In this document: in pieces, positions 36,997 through 49,100 of the stretch | Layout of the letters: every line of letters begins with the position of its first letter | Numbering within the stretch: position 1 is the stretch's first letter | IMG/VR virus record: IMGVR_UViG_3300049491_000418 | Location: 1-64,000 of that record | Source of the DNA: a virus | Strand: one strand, 5' to 3' | DNA length: 64,000 bases | Program-made: the position numbers and the translations under genes | The notes under the pieces: model-generated | Told to the model about the DNA's origin: nothing | Databases searched by the model: none | Seen by the model: only the letters and a program-made list of their open reading frames with translations

Positions 36997-39900
36997 ATGA
37001 AAGCACAAATTCTAAAAATCTCTGGCCACAAGAATGAGAAAGACTTCTATAAAGAGTTTCCCACCCAAGAAGCTTTTATGGCTAAGCATGGTGCTGCTTT
37101 TAAGAAAGCACAAACTGGAGTAATGATGGATTCCAACAAGAATGGTGTTCCTGATTACTTAGAAAACATCCCTGACAATAGTTGGTATAATAATCAAAAT
37201 TTTGGTCCACAGTATAATCCAGGAATGAACAATACTTCAAGATTTCCAAAACCTGCTCCAAATACTGATTATTTTGATCCAAGTAGTGTTATTCAGCCTT
37301 ATCAAAAAACTGCAATGGATGTTAATAATGAGAGAATGGCTATTGCTGGGGATACACCAGGTGCTACAGATGCTGCTGCTATTACTGAAAGTGTTGCTGG
37401 AGATTATGGTACTTATGTTCAGGCAGGAATACAAGCTATTGGTGCTGGAGTAGATGCAAAGAAGAATTTTAAGAATGAAAGAAAAAATGTAAAGAGTGCA
37501 AGAGCTTGGGCAGATACTAGTGACATTGTTAAAAAATCATTTAATACATTAGATATTGATGCTCCTAATGTGCGTTATGATAATGCTAAAAGAAAAAGAA
37601 ATGCTCTTATGCCTACTATAACAGGAGAGGAATTATTTCCTATATATGGTACTGGTACCAATCCTTTAGGGCAAGCCAAATCAGGTAAGCAAATTAAAAA
37701 AGCCAATAGTGGTGAAATAATGAATACATATGCTCCTGGAGATCTTTATCAGGATTTAGAGTATGAACCATTACAGGAATCGGTATATCAACCATTAAGA
37801 GATGAGGAAATTGTAAAGGCTTATAAATCTGGTGGATTAGTAAAAGCTCAGAATGGAAAATCTAATTATTTTAATTCAGAATCCTTTCAAAGAAATGCTC
37901 CTTCATGGACTTCATTTGCCAATTCTGCTTCTTCTGTAACTGATAATATGGGAGAGAATGGTCCAGATGCTGGTACAGAATTAGGTGGAAATATTGGACA
38001 AGCTGCAGGTAGTGCTGTTGGTATGTATTTTGGTGGGCCCATTGGTGCAGCTGCTTTAGGTGCTGTTGGTAAATGGGCAGGTGGTGCTTTAGGAGGTGCT
38101 TTAGATACAAATGATGATAAAATAAAAGAAGCTAAGTCACGTATGAACAAAAACATGGCTGAGATAACAGGAATAGAACAACTTAGAGGTGATTATTCAG
38201 CTTATGCAGAAGATGGTGGTAATTATAAAAGCCCACAAGTATTAAAGTACTTTGGTAATAACTCTGTAAATGAATTACTTAAACCAGATCCTATGATGAA
38301 TACTCTTAGAACAGGGGGTAATATTAGATCAAATCAAGTTGGTGATATTGAAGCAGTTTCAGGAGGACATCTTGAACCTATATCCTTTAATCCTTACTCA
38401 GATGGTAATGGTGTTGTCAGTATGATTAAAGGACAAACTCATGAAGAAAGTAATGGAAGACACACAGGTGTGTTGTTAAATTATGATAAAGCAGAGCATG
38501 GAAGTAATACTGCACAAGTAGAGGCAGAAACTGGAGAACCTATTACAGAAATAGGAGATAGTGCTGTTATCTTTGGAGATATGGTAATCAATGATAGAAC
38601 TGTTGGAGGGGATCCAATGTTCAAAGGTTTATATGGAAAAACATTTAAGAAAGCTATGGCAGGTCTAGCAGAACAAAATCAGAAACTTAATAAACAACAA
38701 TCCAAAAATACTAATGCTCTTAATGACCTTGATGTGAGAACTCCTATTGATAAGCTTACTCTAAATTCATTAACAATGAATGCTAAAGGTATTGATAATA
38801 AATATGCATTAAATGATGCTATGATGAAGAAAGCAGCTGCTCACCAAGAAGTTGTCAATAATGAAGCAGAAAGATTAGGTATAAACTCTGGGGCTTTTTC
38901 TAGAGGAAAATTAGCTCCTGCAGATAATGAGTCATCTTACTCTAAAAATGGTGGAATAATTAAAGCTCAAAATGGTGTCACTAAAGGAAACCCTAAGTTT
39001 AAAGGTAATATAGATCCTAATAAGAAATATGCTAATACAACTGCTACTCCTGGAGCTTTAGATTATACTCCTATTGGTACAGGAAATGATAATATGTTTT
39101 CTTCTCCAGAGGCTTATGCTAAATATAAAACAGAAACTGAAGCAGCATATAATGATCCAGAAATGGCTAAAGCATTGGTAGATTATTTTAAAAATTATGA
39201 AGGAGAAGATTGGCAAGATGTAAGAGCTTCTATAAATAAAGGTAAAACCTTTGAGGAACAAAAAGCAATAGCACAAAAACTTGCTACAGATGGTCTTCCA
39301 GGAAGATTTCATATCAATACTTCTGATTTTAAAACTGAAGCTCCAGCTGCAACTCCTGCAACTCCTACAACTCCTGCAGAAGAAAAAGATAAGAATTATC
39401 AAGTTACTCCTTATAAAAAAACAGGATTGGAAACTCTTGCAGGACAAATTCTTCCTTGGATGAGAAAACAACCAGGTGAAAGTTTAATGGGAGACCAATT
39501 GGCTGGTGAAATGTTTGCCTTATCCAATAACCAAGAGGAACCTGTGGATGCTAGATTCTATCACCCACAACTTAGAACTCCTTATGATATATCTTATCAA
39601 GATCAATTAAATGAGAATCAAGCTGATTTTAATCAATTAGTAAATGCCTCAGGTAATAATCCAGAAGCATTAGCAGCTTTGGCTGCTCAAAAGTATGGAG
39701 CTAATTCTAAAGTGCTTGCTGAACAATTCAGAGCTAATCAAGCTATGAAAGATCAAGTATATAGTGGAAACATTAATACCCTTAATGAAGCCCAATTGAA
39801 AAATCTTCAAATAGCTGATCAACAATATGTAAGACAAGCTCAAGCTAAATCAGCTACTAAAGCAGTTAAGCAAGAAGCTATTAACTCTATATCAAGTAAG

Positions 39901-40299
39901 ATAGGTCAAAACAGATTGGAGAATAGAACTCTTCAAGTTTATGCTAATATGTTCCCTGATTATTCTTATGATAGTCAATTTAGAATAAGAAAAACAGGTG
40001 CACCTGCAAATATAGATATACCTGTAATTTATAATGAAAAGGGTGAACCTACTCATAAGATTATTAAGGATAAAGAAGGTAAAGTTATAGGTTATGAACC
40101 TATTAATCCTATAGCTGAGACAGATAGTAATAATATTATTCCTATTCCTGCTGCTGGAATTGTACCTATTAATCCAACAGCAGTAAAAAATAATACTACT
40201 AAGACTATGGGAACTTCTAGTTCTACAGGTCCTACTATTATTCAAGATAAAAATAAAAAAAGATATGGAGGTTTAGCAAAAGCTTTTAAAGATCTCTAA
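36997..40299 (+). CDS. Internal cargo/ejection protein (crAss cargo-protein-1-like)
   Basis: True start ATG 36997; glycine-zipper hydrophobic segment (37981-38103); GQTHEES...EAETGE motif; repeated AxxG/xxGG motifs; Q/A-rich coiled coil near the C-terminus. Confidence 0.6.
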   Translation: MKAQILKISGHKNEKDFYKEFPTQEAFMAKHGAAFKKAQTGVMMDSNKNGVPDYLENIPDNSWYNNQNFGPQYNPGMNNTSRFPKPAPNTDYFDPSSVIQPYQKTAMDVNNERMAIAGDTPGATDAAAITESVAGDYGTYVQAGIQAIGAGVDAKKNFKNERKNVKSARAWADTSDIVKKSFNTLDIDAPNVRYDNAKRKRNALMPTITGEELFPIYGTGTNPLGQAKSGKQIKKANSGEIMNTYAPGDLYQDLEYEPLQESVYQPLRDEEIVKAYKSGGLVKAQNGKSNYFNSESFQRNAPSWTSFANSASSVTDNMGENGPDAGTELGGNIGQAAGSAVGMYFGGPIGAAALGAVGKWAGGALGGALDTNDDKIKEAKSRMNKNMAEITGIEQLRGDYSAYAEDGGNYKSPQVLKYFGNNSVNELLKPDPMMNTLRTGGNIRSNQVGDIEAVSGGHLEPISFNPYSDGNGVVSMIKGQTHEESNGRHTGVLLNYDKAEHGSNTAQVEAETGEPITEIGDSAVIFGDMVINDRTVGGDPMFKGLYGKTFKKAMAGLAEQNQKLNKQQSKNTNALNDLDVRTPIDKLTLNSLTMNAKGIDNKYALNDAMMKKAAAHQEVVNNEAERLGINSGAFSRGKLAPADNESSYSKNGGIIKAQNGVTKGNPKFKGNIDPNKKYANTTATPGALDYTPIGTGNDNMFSSPEAYAKYKTETEAAYNDPEMAKALVDYFKNYEGEDWQDVRASINKGKTFEEQKAIAQKLATDGLPGRFHINTSDFKTEAPAATPATPTTPAEEKDKNYQVTPYKKTGLETLAGQILPWMRKQPGESLMGDQLAGEMFALSNNQEEPVDARFYHPQLRTPYDISYQDQLNENQADFNQLVNASGNNPEALAALAAQKYGANSKVLAEQFRANQAMKDQVYSGNINTLNEAQLKNLQIADQQYVRQAQAKSATKAVKQEAINSISSKIGQNRLENRTLQVYANMFPDYSYDSQFRIRKTGAPANIDIPVIYNEKGEPTHKIIKDKEGKVIGYEPINPIAETDSNNIIPIPAAGIVPINPTAVKNNTTKTMGTSSSTGPTIIQDKNKKRYGGLAKAFKDL

Positions 40300-40341
40300 T
40301 CAATTTGATTATAAATAATCACTTAGGTTTATTAGTCTCTA

Positions 40342-40372
40342 TTGTAGGGTATAATAAATTCAATTAACTTTG
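40342..40372 (+). promoter_or_regulatory. Bacteroidota-type promoter for the RNAP/cargo block
   Basis: TAACTTTG at 40365-40372 (exact -7 box), with TTG ending 20 nt upstream; ATG at 40389. Confidence 0.6.
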
Positions 40373-40388
40373 TTAATCAATTATTATT

Positions 40389-43109
40389 ATGGCAAGTTTC
40401 ACAGATACTCAACCACCAAAGTTTAATCCATACATACAACAACAACCTGTTGAAGCTATGGTATCTGTTGGTATGCAGAAGCAAAAAGCTTATGAAGAAG
40501 GAGTTCAGAAGATACAAACTCAAGTTGACAATATTGCAGGACTTGATGTTATAAGAGATGTTGATAAAGCCTATCTTCAATCTAAATTGAATCAATTAGG
40601 AAATAATCTCCGTACAGTTGCTTCTGGAGATTTTTCTAATTTTCAGTTAGTGAACTCTGTTTCTGGTATGACTAAGCAACTTATTAGAGATGAAGGTATT
40701 CAAAATGCAGTAAGTTCTACAGCAAAACTCAGAAAGGAACAAACTTTTATGGAAGAAGAACGTAAGAAAGGAGAACTTAATCCAGCTAATGAGTATGTTT
40801 TCAATAAACAAGTATCCTCATGGATGGATAATTCTGATGTAAATGCTGGATTAAATGCTAAATATAATAAGTTCTTTGATGTTGATAAACATATGGCTGA
40901 TACTTTTGATAAGATTAAGCCTGATGGATATACCATTGATCAAATATTTGTTACTGGTAATGATGGAAAACCTCTTATAAATAAAAGAACAGGACAACCT
41001 GAACTTTCTCATTCAATGAAGAAATTAAAAAAAGAAGGTAAATTTCCTGAGAAAGTAAAACAAACAATAGACTATGTATTCTCTGATCCAAGAGTATCTA
41101 AACAGTTAGGTATAAATGGACAATATACTTATAGAGGATTAGATTCTGCTGCTTTATTGGAAAGAACAGGTAAAGTAAAAACAGAACAAATTAATAATAT
41201 AGAAGATAATATTTCTTCTTTGAATATTCAAAAAAGTGCAACAACCAATAAGGCAGAACAAGATGTATATCAAGCACAAATTGATAAACTAAATGAAACT
41301 AAAGCTGCTGTACAATCATCTTATGAAGATATTCAGGAAGCTGCTGTTAGTAATCCTGATTCTATTAGAGCTTTACTAGCTAGAGATGATGCCAAGAATA
41401 AATTTACTGCTATGTATACCAATGTTATCACTGAAGAAACTATTCATGATAACCCAGCTTTTAAGATGGAGTTTGAAATACAAAAAGAGCGTAATGATAT
41501 GGCTATTAAAAAAGAAGACATGCGTTACAAATGGGCAGGTTTAGCACAACAAAAAGAATTAGCTATTAGAAAAGAAGGTTCTGATTATAGAATAGCTATG
41601 TTAAAAGCTAAGAAAGAGGAGGAGGAAGCTTCATCAGCTGGGTTAACTGAAGGTCCTTTAGACACAGACAGAGATTATAATGAGACTTTTGATAAAATGG
41701 GTGAGAATGCTTGGAAAGATTATAGTACTTCAGTAGACCAGTTATTATTTGGTACAGGAGTACTTGATCCAAAAGTACTAGCTGATTATAAAAGTAGAAA
41801 TAAAGGAGTAAGTGATGAAGTAGCTATGAGAGCTGTTGTAAATGCTACAGCAAAAAAGAGAGGAATGACTCCTTATCTCTTTAGAACTAAATATGCTATT
41901 GAAGCTAATACTAGACTTTCTGAAAATCCACAGTTGGATCAAACAATGAAAAACTTAAAAGGTTCTGTTGAAAATGCTAAAAAGCACTTTGATATTTATA
42001 ATAATGCTAAGATTAAAATTGATGCAGAAACTCCTGATGTGGCAGAGTTAAACAATGTAAAACCAATTACATTAAATATGTCTACAGGTATGGCTCCTTT
42101 TGGTAGTCCTAAAAAAGTTACTTTAACACCAGCAATGCAATATGATTTATCTCTAGTTTTTAATGATACAAAAAGTATGTTTAGTACTGATCAAGAAGTA
42201 GAAGCTTCAGAGGCAGCAATGAAACGTTTAAAAGCTAAAGGTATTACAGAACAAATGGTACGTGCTTTTCCTGCTGCTTTTAGATATGGTACTGGTACAC
42301 CCCCTGGTGTAAATCCACAGGAATGGGAAAAAGCTAAAAATTTCATGTATAATGATGCAAATAAAAACTTTGCAGCAAGTTATCAAACAAGAGCAGCTAA
42401 GATTAAAGAGATGGCTATTTTAAATCCTGTTGTAAGACAACCATTAGCAAGTGGTGAAACTAAAATAGATACTCAAAGAAAAGAAACATTGTCTGGTTAT
42501 GTAGGAGCATATGCTAATGAAGGACAAAATGAGTCTCCAGGTTTAGTAAAAAATGCTGCAGCAATGCAAGCTATACTTAAAGATGATAAAAAAGGAACAG
42601 TGCAATATACTGCTACCAGAGATGAAGTTACTAATCAGATAACTCCAAAAGCATTATTTTATAGTACTAATGGTAGTTTAGTTGGTGAAGTAACCTTAAG
42701 TGAAAGACAAGCAGCTTCTATAGGTTTTAATCCTGGTAAAGGTTACCAAGATATGGTGGTTAAAGAGCTAGATAATAAAATGTATGTTACTAGTAACAAT
42801 ACTACTGCTTTTGGAGATGTTAAAGATATTAGTACATATCAAATGAATGATGTTGCTTTTACTAAACAAGACTTTCCTAGTTTAAAAGGAACTCCTTATG
42901 ATGTAAAAGGTAATGTTAAAAAAAGCACTATAGTTGATAGAGGTGGAGTTTCTAGAGAAATTTTTACTAATTATGTTTATGTAAATGATGGAAAAGGAAA
43001 ACCTGTTCTTATAGAACTACCAAAAAATGCAAATTCTATGGTAGAAGCTGTTAACATGTTTTCAAACCTTACACCTGATGTAATAAATGCTATTATTAAA
43101 ACAAAATAA
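40389..43109 (+). CDS. Large internal virion (ejection) protein
   Basis: 906 aa, helical; N-terminal FNPYIQQQP motif; directly upstream of the virion RNAP as in crAss-like phages. Confidence 0.6.
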   Translation: MASFTDTQPPKFNPYIQQQPVEAMVSVGMQKQKAYEEGVQKIQTQVDNIAGLDVIRDVDKAYLQSKLNQLGNNLRTVASGDFSNFQLVNSVSGMTKQLIRDEGIQNAVSSTAKLRKEQTFMEEERKKGELNPANEYVFNKQVSSWMDNSDVNAGLNAKYNKFFDVDKHMADTFDKIKPDGYTIDQIFVTGNDGKPLINKRTGQPELSHSMKKLKKEGKFPEKVKQTIDYVFSDPRVSKQLGINGQYTYRGLDSAALLERTGKVKTEQINNIEDNISSLNIQKSATTNKAEQDVYQAQIDKLNETKAAVQSSYEDIQEAAVSNPDSIRALLARDDAKNKFTAMYTNVITEETIHDNPAFKMEFEIQKERNDMAIKKEDMRYKWAGLAQQKELAIRKEGSDYRIAMLKAKKEEEEASSAGLTEGPLDTDRDYNETFDKMGENAWKDYSTSVDQLLFGTGVLDPKVLADYKSRNKGVSDEVAMRAVVNATAKKRGMTPYLFRTKYAIEANTRLSENPQLDQTMKNLKGSVENAKKHFDIYNNAKIKIDAETPDVAELNNVKPITLNMSTGMAPFGSPKKVTLTPAMQYDLSLVFNDTKSMFSTDQEVEASEAAMKRLKAKGITEQMVRAFPAAFRYGTGTPPGVNPQEWEKAKNFMYNDANKNFAASYQTRAAKIKEMAILNPVVRQPLASGETKIDTQRKETLSGYVGAYANEGQNESPGLVKNAAAMQAILKDDKKGTVQYTATRDEVTNQITPKALFYSTNGSLVGEVTLSERQAASIGFNPGKGYQDMVVKELDNKMYVTSNNTTAFGDVKDISTYQMNDVAFTKQDFPSLKGTPYDVKGNVKKSTIVDRGGVSREIFTNYVYVNDGKGKPVLIELPKNANSMVEAVNMFSNLTPDVINAIIKTK

Positions 43110-43111
43110 TC

Positions 43112-46100
43112 ATGGAAGAAGAAATTGGCTTAATGAATGATCTACCCACTGCTTCTAATATAAGTGTTCCTAGTGGAGATAATCCTAATATTAGTTCTGC
43201 TCATGAATTACCTGTTAACCTAGGAGGTACAGCTTCTGGCTTACCTGTCTATGTTCCTAACAATCCTTCAACAAGAGGAAGTGGTAAACCTGAGTTTAGA
43301 GAACAGTCTCTTGAGGAGATTATGGATGGTATGGATATTTCTGATAAAAGTGGTGCTTTAGATTATGTTTCAGCAAGAGATTTACCAGGATCAGGCAGAT
43401 ATGATAAAGGTGTTTATGTTGGAAGAGATGCAGAGGAAATGTATGCTCAACAACAATCTACTGCAGAGAAATGGGGTAATGGTGTGGCCAAGATGGTTGG
43501 TACTGCAGCAACTACTTTTGTTAGTGGTACTGTTGGTACCTTAAATGGTATTGGTGCCATGTTTGCTGAGAATAGATTGGCTGCTTTCTATGATAATGAT
43601 ACTAACCGTAAGATGGATGAGTATAATAAGAAGATGGAAGATTATCTTCCAAATTATTATACCCAAGCAGAAACAAGTGCATCTTGGTTATCTCCTAAGA
43701 ATGTATGGACAGCCAACTTCTGGTCAGATAAAGTAATAAAAAATTTAGGTTTCTCTATTGGTTCAATGGCTGGTGGAGCTGCTTGGAGTAAAGCTTTTGG
43801 CTTTGTAGGTAAGATTAATGCCTTAGTTAGAGCAGAAAAGGGTTTAGAAACTCTTACTGCTGTAGAAGCTGCTATGGTTAATGCCAATAGTGTTTCTAAG
43901 TTTGGAGCAGTATCTAAAGCCTTAAATGGTTTAGCTACAAAATATGTAAATCCTGCAGGTGCTTATATTCTTGCTAATGGTGAAAGAGCTACTATAGCCT
44001 TAATGGGTACTATGGGTGAGGCTAGTATGGAGGCTCTCCAAAATATGAATGACTTTAGAAATAAACTTATAAAAGAATATAAACTTCAATCAGGTGTTGA
44101 ACCATCTGGTGAAGATCTTGAGGAAATTAATAACATGGCTGACCATGTTGGTAATTTTACTTGGGGAATGAATGTTGCTTTGTTATCTGCTACTAATTAT
44201 ATTCAATTACCAAAAATACTTAATAGTAGTAAAACAGCTGAGAGGAGAGCAATTAATGAACTTGCTAAAGAATCAGTGGCAGAAGGGGCTACTATAGCTG
44301 AGAAAACAGCTGCTAAATATGGAGCAAAAGCTTCTAATTTAGAAAGAGCTTTTGGTAAACCAGGCAAACTATTTGGTGATTACTTAGTTAATCCAGTTTC
44401 TTTATTATTTGCTCCTTCTGAGGCTTTTGAAGAAGGAATGCAATTTGCTATTCAAACAGGGGTTGAAGACTATTTCAATAGAGCACATCAAAATGAACAA
44501 GATACTAATGATTTTTGGAATAATACTTTAGACAGTATGGGTAATGTGTTTAGCTATGGTGTTAAACAAGCTCTTACTACTAAGGAAGGTTTAGAGGGAA
44601 TTTTGATTGGTGGTATTTCTGGAGGTCTTCAAACTTCTTTCTCTCCTTTTGGAGAGAACAATATAAAAGAAAGAGGCTTTACAGGAACAGGTGGTCAAGT
44701 AGGTAGAAATACTGCTGCAGCAATTACTGAAATCAATAATTCCAAAAACCTTACTCAAGCTTTAAAAGATGCTAGAAACTTTGTTTCTATTGGTATTGGT
44801 TCTCAAAAAAACCGTCAAGAGGCTGTAGCAAATAATGACACTTTTAATGAGAAAAACTTTGAAAAAGATTATGCTCTTTCATATATAATGCCTAGAGTTA
44901 AATATGGTAAAATAGATGCTGTACTTTCAGAACTAGATTTATATAGAAGACAAGCTTTATCTGATGCTGGTTTTGAGGACTTAAAGGCTTCTGAAGTTGT
45001 TCTTGAGAATGAAACTAAACAACAGTTTATAAAAAGACTTGATAATATTGAAAGTACATCTAGACAGGTAAGTAAAACCTATGATATAATTAATGATAGA
45101 TACTCTAATATTACAGATGAAAAAGGTAGAAGACTTTATGATGATAAAGTTGTAGATGAGTTAGTTTATGCTGCAGCTAAAACTGTAGATGCTGATGAGC
45201 GTTTAAAAGATTTATCATCAGAAATGTCACTTGCTGGATTGGGTATAGATAGATTAAGAACAGCTATGCAGGCTTCTCCAAGTTGGGAAGATAATAATAC
45301 TAAAGGTGTTATCAAAGATGCTGAAGTTCAGAAAGAAATAAATGCTTTATTTGCTGAAGCAAAAATAAAAGATCCTAATAATTTACAAAATTACAGAGAG
45401 AAAGTATTTGATTTTGCCAATCTATTGGTTGACAGAAAAAGATATATTGATGATTATAACAAAAGAATTTTAACTCCTGAAGAGTTTAGTGCACCTGATG
45501 TAGATACTACAGAGTATCCTCCTATTGGTAGTCCTAAAGAGGTAATGAAAGTTACTACATCTACAGGAGATGTTAATGTTAATGTTGGAGAAGAATACAT
45601 AATGGGTAGAGTTACTCTTAAGAGTAAAAAAGGTCATGATGTATATGAGGCTCCTACTATAACTATCTTAGGGCAAAATGAAGATGGTACACTAAAAGTT
45701 AAGAAAGAGGATGGTACCATAGTTTCTATGGATCCTGAGGAACTAGAAAGTAGAAGTCTTACTAAAGCTGAGGATGTTAGAAAGAATCCTAAAATTTCTT
45801 TCTATATTTACAACTGGAATGTTGTTTGGAAAAATAGAAGTGTTAAGGGTGCTGATGGTAAAGCTGCTGTTGGTAGAATTGTTTATGATAAAAAACAGGA
45901 TAGATTACTGTTTCAATATATAGGTAAAGGTGGTGTTTTAATGGAACAAGAGGTTATTAACACTATGTTCTCATATAAAACAGCAACTAAACTAGGTTTT
46001 AAACAACCTTATATAACTGCGCAATCTGTTTTAACACCAGCACAAGAAGCTTCTATGGAGAAATTCATTGAATCTAAGATGTCTTTTTCAGAAAAAATCA

Positions 46101-49100
46101 AAGCTAGAAACTCTATTATCTCTAATCTATATGAGACAAGTAAAGCTAGACTTGAACAAGTAACCAAAGAACTTACTTCTGCAAAAGAGAAAGTAGATAA
46201 AGCAGCCTCTACAATAGAAGAACAAGTTAAAAAAGGTATAGAAACTAAAGAAGGAACCTGGAAAGTAAAGGCTATAAAGTCTATTACTAAAATGGCCAGA
46301 GATCTTGGTGCTCTAGATGCTTCTTTATTACAACAAATTGAGGATTTAGAGAATGAAAAAGAAGAGCTTGAAGCTACTATTCCTTATTTCAAAGACTTCT
46401 TGGAAGATATTATGTCTACTCCAGAGAGTGGAAAAGAAATGATTGAAGATATTAAGAAAGATATCAATGACTTAGAAGATCTTATTGACACTACCAAGGA
46501 TGCAATAAGTAAAACCAAATCAGCTATCAAGCTTGTTGAAGATTTATTGAAAAATGCTTTAGGGGTATTTAATGATTATGTAAAAAGACTTAAAGAAGAG
46601 AATCCCAACATGCCTTTATTCCTAGATGATTTTCTAGCTAAGTTAGAAAAATATCTTGGAGAAGAAGGAGCAAAACAATTTGTTGCTGACAAACTAGGAT
46701 TCACTGAACAGGTATTAGAACTAGATAGTGATATTAGTGACTTTAAAGATGAGTTAAAAATTCCTGATCTACAAAAGAGAGCATCAACCTTGTCAACTGA
46801 TCTAAAGGAACTAGAAAAAGGTTTAGATGATCTTATAGCTGCCCAGATGGCTAAGGCCAAGATACTAGATGAATTTAAAGAGTTTGCTGATAGAGAAAAA
46901 GCTGTACAGGCGGAAGAGAAACGTATGCACACTAATCCTACCTTAGTTAAAGATCTTATTGGTACATTGAATAAAACTGTCCAAAACTTCTTTGGAAACA
47001 AAGCCTATGATCCTATGTCTAAGAAACCAGACATGGCTGTAGTAAGAAGTACACGTCCTATTAGTGATGGTAAACCTCATCAAGAGAGAGCTAATCACTT
47101 TGGAGCAAGAATGGATAGTTTTTCTAAAAAGAAAAGAGATAGTATTAGAGGTATTATAGTTACACAAAAAACACAAGGGGGAGTTATTGATGGCTTGGTA
47201 GAACACCTACTATCTCAGGTTCCTGAGGAAGACAAAGAAAAATATCCTGCTAATGAGGTTATAGCTTTGGTAATGGTGGAAGTTGATAAAAAAGGAAATC
47301 AGTTCTTACTTGATCAAGATGGTAAACGTCTTTCTAAAGATGCTGATGTTATTAACTCAGCAATATACCAAGTATTTCCAACTAAAAGTTTAAAAGGTAA
47401 CTATGTAGATGCTGATGGTAATAGAAAGTTTGGTAGTATGTTTAGAGATGATACTCCACAGTCTACTGTAGACTCATTAACTAAACAGTATGCAGCATGG
47501 GTAGATGATCAATTAGCTGCTGATGCAATGCCTGCACCTTATAAAGTAAGTGCTTCTTTTGGTTATCCTGAATTACAAAAAGTAATGGGAGAGACTAAAG
47601 AGGAGATAGATCATAATGCAAGAACTTCTGCTAAGGCAGCAGGCTTGGTTACTGATGTTATGCTTGAAAGAGAACCTGTTATACAGGTTAAAACTAGTGA
47701 TGCTCCTGTTACCTTAGGTAATGTTACTTTCACCTCCCCAAAAGGCAGAGTGTTCTTAACTCTTCCTAATGGTATTGCTAAACTATTCAATAGAAAGTTT
47801 ACAGCAACTGAAGCTGAAACTATTTATGATGTTCTTCTTCAAGTAACTAAGAATGTCCGTGACCATGGTGAAGTAAGACCAGAGACTGAAAGATTGTTTA
47901 ATTGGTTAAGATCTACAACATACTGGGGATTTTCTAAAGATAGACAAGGTAATCCTAAACCTGCTGGATATAATAATATGTGGTTTCAGGAAGTTACTGA
48001 TACCAATAATGAGAAAAGATTAAAATTATATATTTCTGGAAAAACAACAGACCCTACTCAGGCTATTGATTTCACTTATTCTAGTTTATATAATAGAAAA
48101 GGAGATATTATGATGCTCCTTCAAAATATGTATAATAATACCAGTAATCATTTAACCAATGAGAGTAACTGGCAGAATCCTTATTCCCAAATAGTAGGTA
48201 TTAATGAGGATGGTTCTCCTCAAACTGTTGACTGGCCAAACTATCAATCTTATTTACTATCAGATAAAATGCCTGATGGTGGTGTAAGAAAGAATGAAGA
48301 TATTCCATTAATTACTAAGTTTAGACCATTAGTAGATGAGAATGATACTAATAGAAAAGGTATTTATTTCACATTGAAAAGTGGTCCAACATCATTTACA
48401 ATGCCTGAAAAGGAAGAAGCAACTCCTGCAACTTCAGAAGAACCTAGTGCCTCTACCACTCCAACAGATTCTGCTCCTACAGTAACTCCAACAAAAGAAG
48501 AAGGATCTATATCAATGACTATAGATGGATATGAATTTGATGGGAAAACACCTAATACAATGGAGTTAAATGCAGGACCTATAACATTTACTGTTGATAT
48601 AGAGAAACAAATGGCAGATGGTGCTGGGGTGTCTATAACTTCTCCAGGAGAAACTGTAGAAGCTCTTATAGCTGCTAAAGGTTATGCTGAAGATCATGCT
48701 TACAATGTAATAAATGCTACTGTACTAGCAAGACTTAAACCTTCTTTAGAAAAAGGTATTGCTGAATTAAAAGCAAGACAAACTGGTAAGGTAGAGCAAA
48801 AAGAACCATCTGTAGAAGCTTCTGCTGTAATAACTCCTACTCCTAAAGTTGGTAAGCTTGATCTTACTGGTGAGAACTGGAATCCTATCAATACTAAATA
48901 TGGCCCAACAAGATTTAAAATTAATGCTGATAAGTTTTTAGCAGGAGATGTATCTCTTTCTGCTATTAATGTTGAAATGGATCCAGACTTAGTTGATGCT
49001 GTTATAGAAGCTAAGCAATCTCAGAATTATGATGAAGAGGCTGCACACAAGTTTATTCAACAAAATGTATTGTTTTTGATTAAAGATGAGTTGGCTTTAT

